Source of the DNA: Pirellulales bacterium
Lineage (GTDB): Bacteria > Planctomycetota > Planctomycetia > Pirellulales > DATAWG01
Direction of reading: 5' to 3'
DNA length: 64,000 bases
NCBI GenBank assembly: GCA_963725485.1
Contig: CAVRYO010000008.1
Coordinates: 328,802 to 392,801, forward strand
A model generated the notes under the pieces. It saw only the letters and a list, made by a program, of their open reading frames with translations. It had not been told where the DNA came from and searched no databases. Position numbers and translations under genes: made by a program. This document shows positions 63,375 through 64,000 of the stretch, piece after piece. Numbering within the stretch: position 1 is the stretch's first letter; each line of letters begins with the position of its first letter.

Positions 63375-64000
63375 TTAGGGTGAAGCCAGCCGATACCCGA
63401 CACCCGGTTCGGTGAGCAGCAGCCGGGGCTGCGTCGGGTCGGTTTCGATCTTGCGGCGCAGTTGGGCCATATAAACGCGCAGGTAATGCGTCTCGCAAAC
63501 CAGATCGGGTCCCCAGACCTCCTTGAGCAATTGCCGATGGGTCAGCACGCGGCCGGCGTGTTGGATCATTGTCGTCAGCAGCCGGTACTCGATCGGCGTG
63601 AGATGCAATTCCCGGCCGCTGACAAACACCTGCCGCCGCGCCAAATCGACTCGCAGATTCTCGAACTCGAATACCGCATCGCCGGATGCCCCCGAGGCGC
63701 TTTGCGCATGGCGCAGCGCGATGCGCATCCGGGCGAGCAATTCGTCGACGCTGAACGGTTTGGTCAGATAGTCGTCCGCGCCGGCGTCTAGGGCGTGGAT
63801 CTTCTGGCGATCGTGGCCGCGGGCCGACAGCACGACAATCGGCAATTTTGACCAGGCACGAATCTGGCCGATCAGGTCCATGCCGTCCATGTCGGGCAAG
63901 CCGAGGTCGAGAATGACCAATTCGGGCTGCTGGGTCGCCGCTTGGAGCAAGCCGTCCTTGCCGGTCAAGGCTTCCACAAGGCGATAGCCATGGCTTTCGA
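63375..64000 (-). CDS. kdpE: KdpE-like OmpR-family response regulator (5' end off-window)
   Basis: ILDLGLPDMDGMDLIGQIRAWSKLPIVVLSARGHDRQKIHALDAGADDYLTKPF and THYLRVYMAQLRRKIETDPTQPRLLLTEPGVGYRL. The frame stays open to the window end. Confidence 0.75.
   Translation of the reverse strand, partial: ESHGYRLVEALTGKDGLLQAATQQPELVILDLGLPDMDGMDLIGQIRAWSKLPIVVLSARGHDRQKIHALDAGADDYLTKPFSVDELLARMRIALRHAQSASGASGDAVFEFENLRVDLARRQVFVSGRELHLTPIEYRLLTTMIQHAGRVLTHRQLLKEVWGPDLVCETHYLRVYMAQLRRKIETDPTQPRLLLTEPGVGYRLASP

Overview
GC-rich chromosomal segment with a Planctomycetota-style gene repertoire: PSCyt/DUF1549/DUF1553 + DUF1501 and DUF1592-family + DUF1552 gene pairs, DUF1080, TadE/TadG-vWA, and ExbB/ExbD arrays. 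I can support about 45 protein genes. I saw no rRNA, tRNA or CRISPR by eye. Main blocks: (i) 1-7.7 kb, ExbB-ExbDx3 followed by an unknown membrane protein and two TonB-like/alpha-toroid chimeras. (ii) 10.3-15 kb, a 4-gene HAD / M20 / class-III aminotransferase / PaaK-like ligase operon. (iii) 15-18.7 kb, TadG-vWA and two TadE-like genes. (iv) 22.1-23.1 kb, a REP-associated tyrosine transposase (RAYT) flanked by inverted REPs, with a tandem duplication of its 5' end. (v) 26.2-36.3 kb, nitrogen assimilation (gltD, gltB, LysR regulator, type III GS), plus type I glnA at 45.8 kb. (vi) 39.6-45.7 kb, ECF sigma / anti-sigma, a three-module membrane protein and two paralogous lipoprotein hydrolases. 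(vii) 52-63 kb, one co-directional array of planctomycete-specific gene pairs. Two window-wide signals stand out. First, at least 10 copies of hairpin (REPIN-like) intergenic repeats are built on one conserved pair of 12-mers. Second, there are roughly 50 reading-frame breaks that are very unevenly distributed: none across about 20 kb of genes, but about one per 150-300 bp in some others. Several of the breaks I inspected sit at short homopolymers, so assembly error is the leading explanation. Disrupted genes are listed as 'pseudogene' in the annotation sense only. All calls rest on my own reading of the translations. No database search was run.
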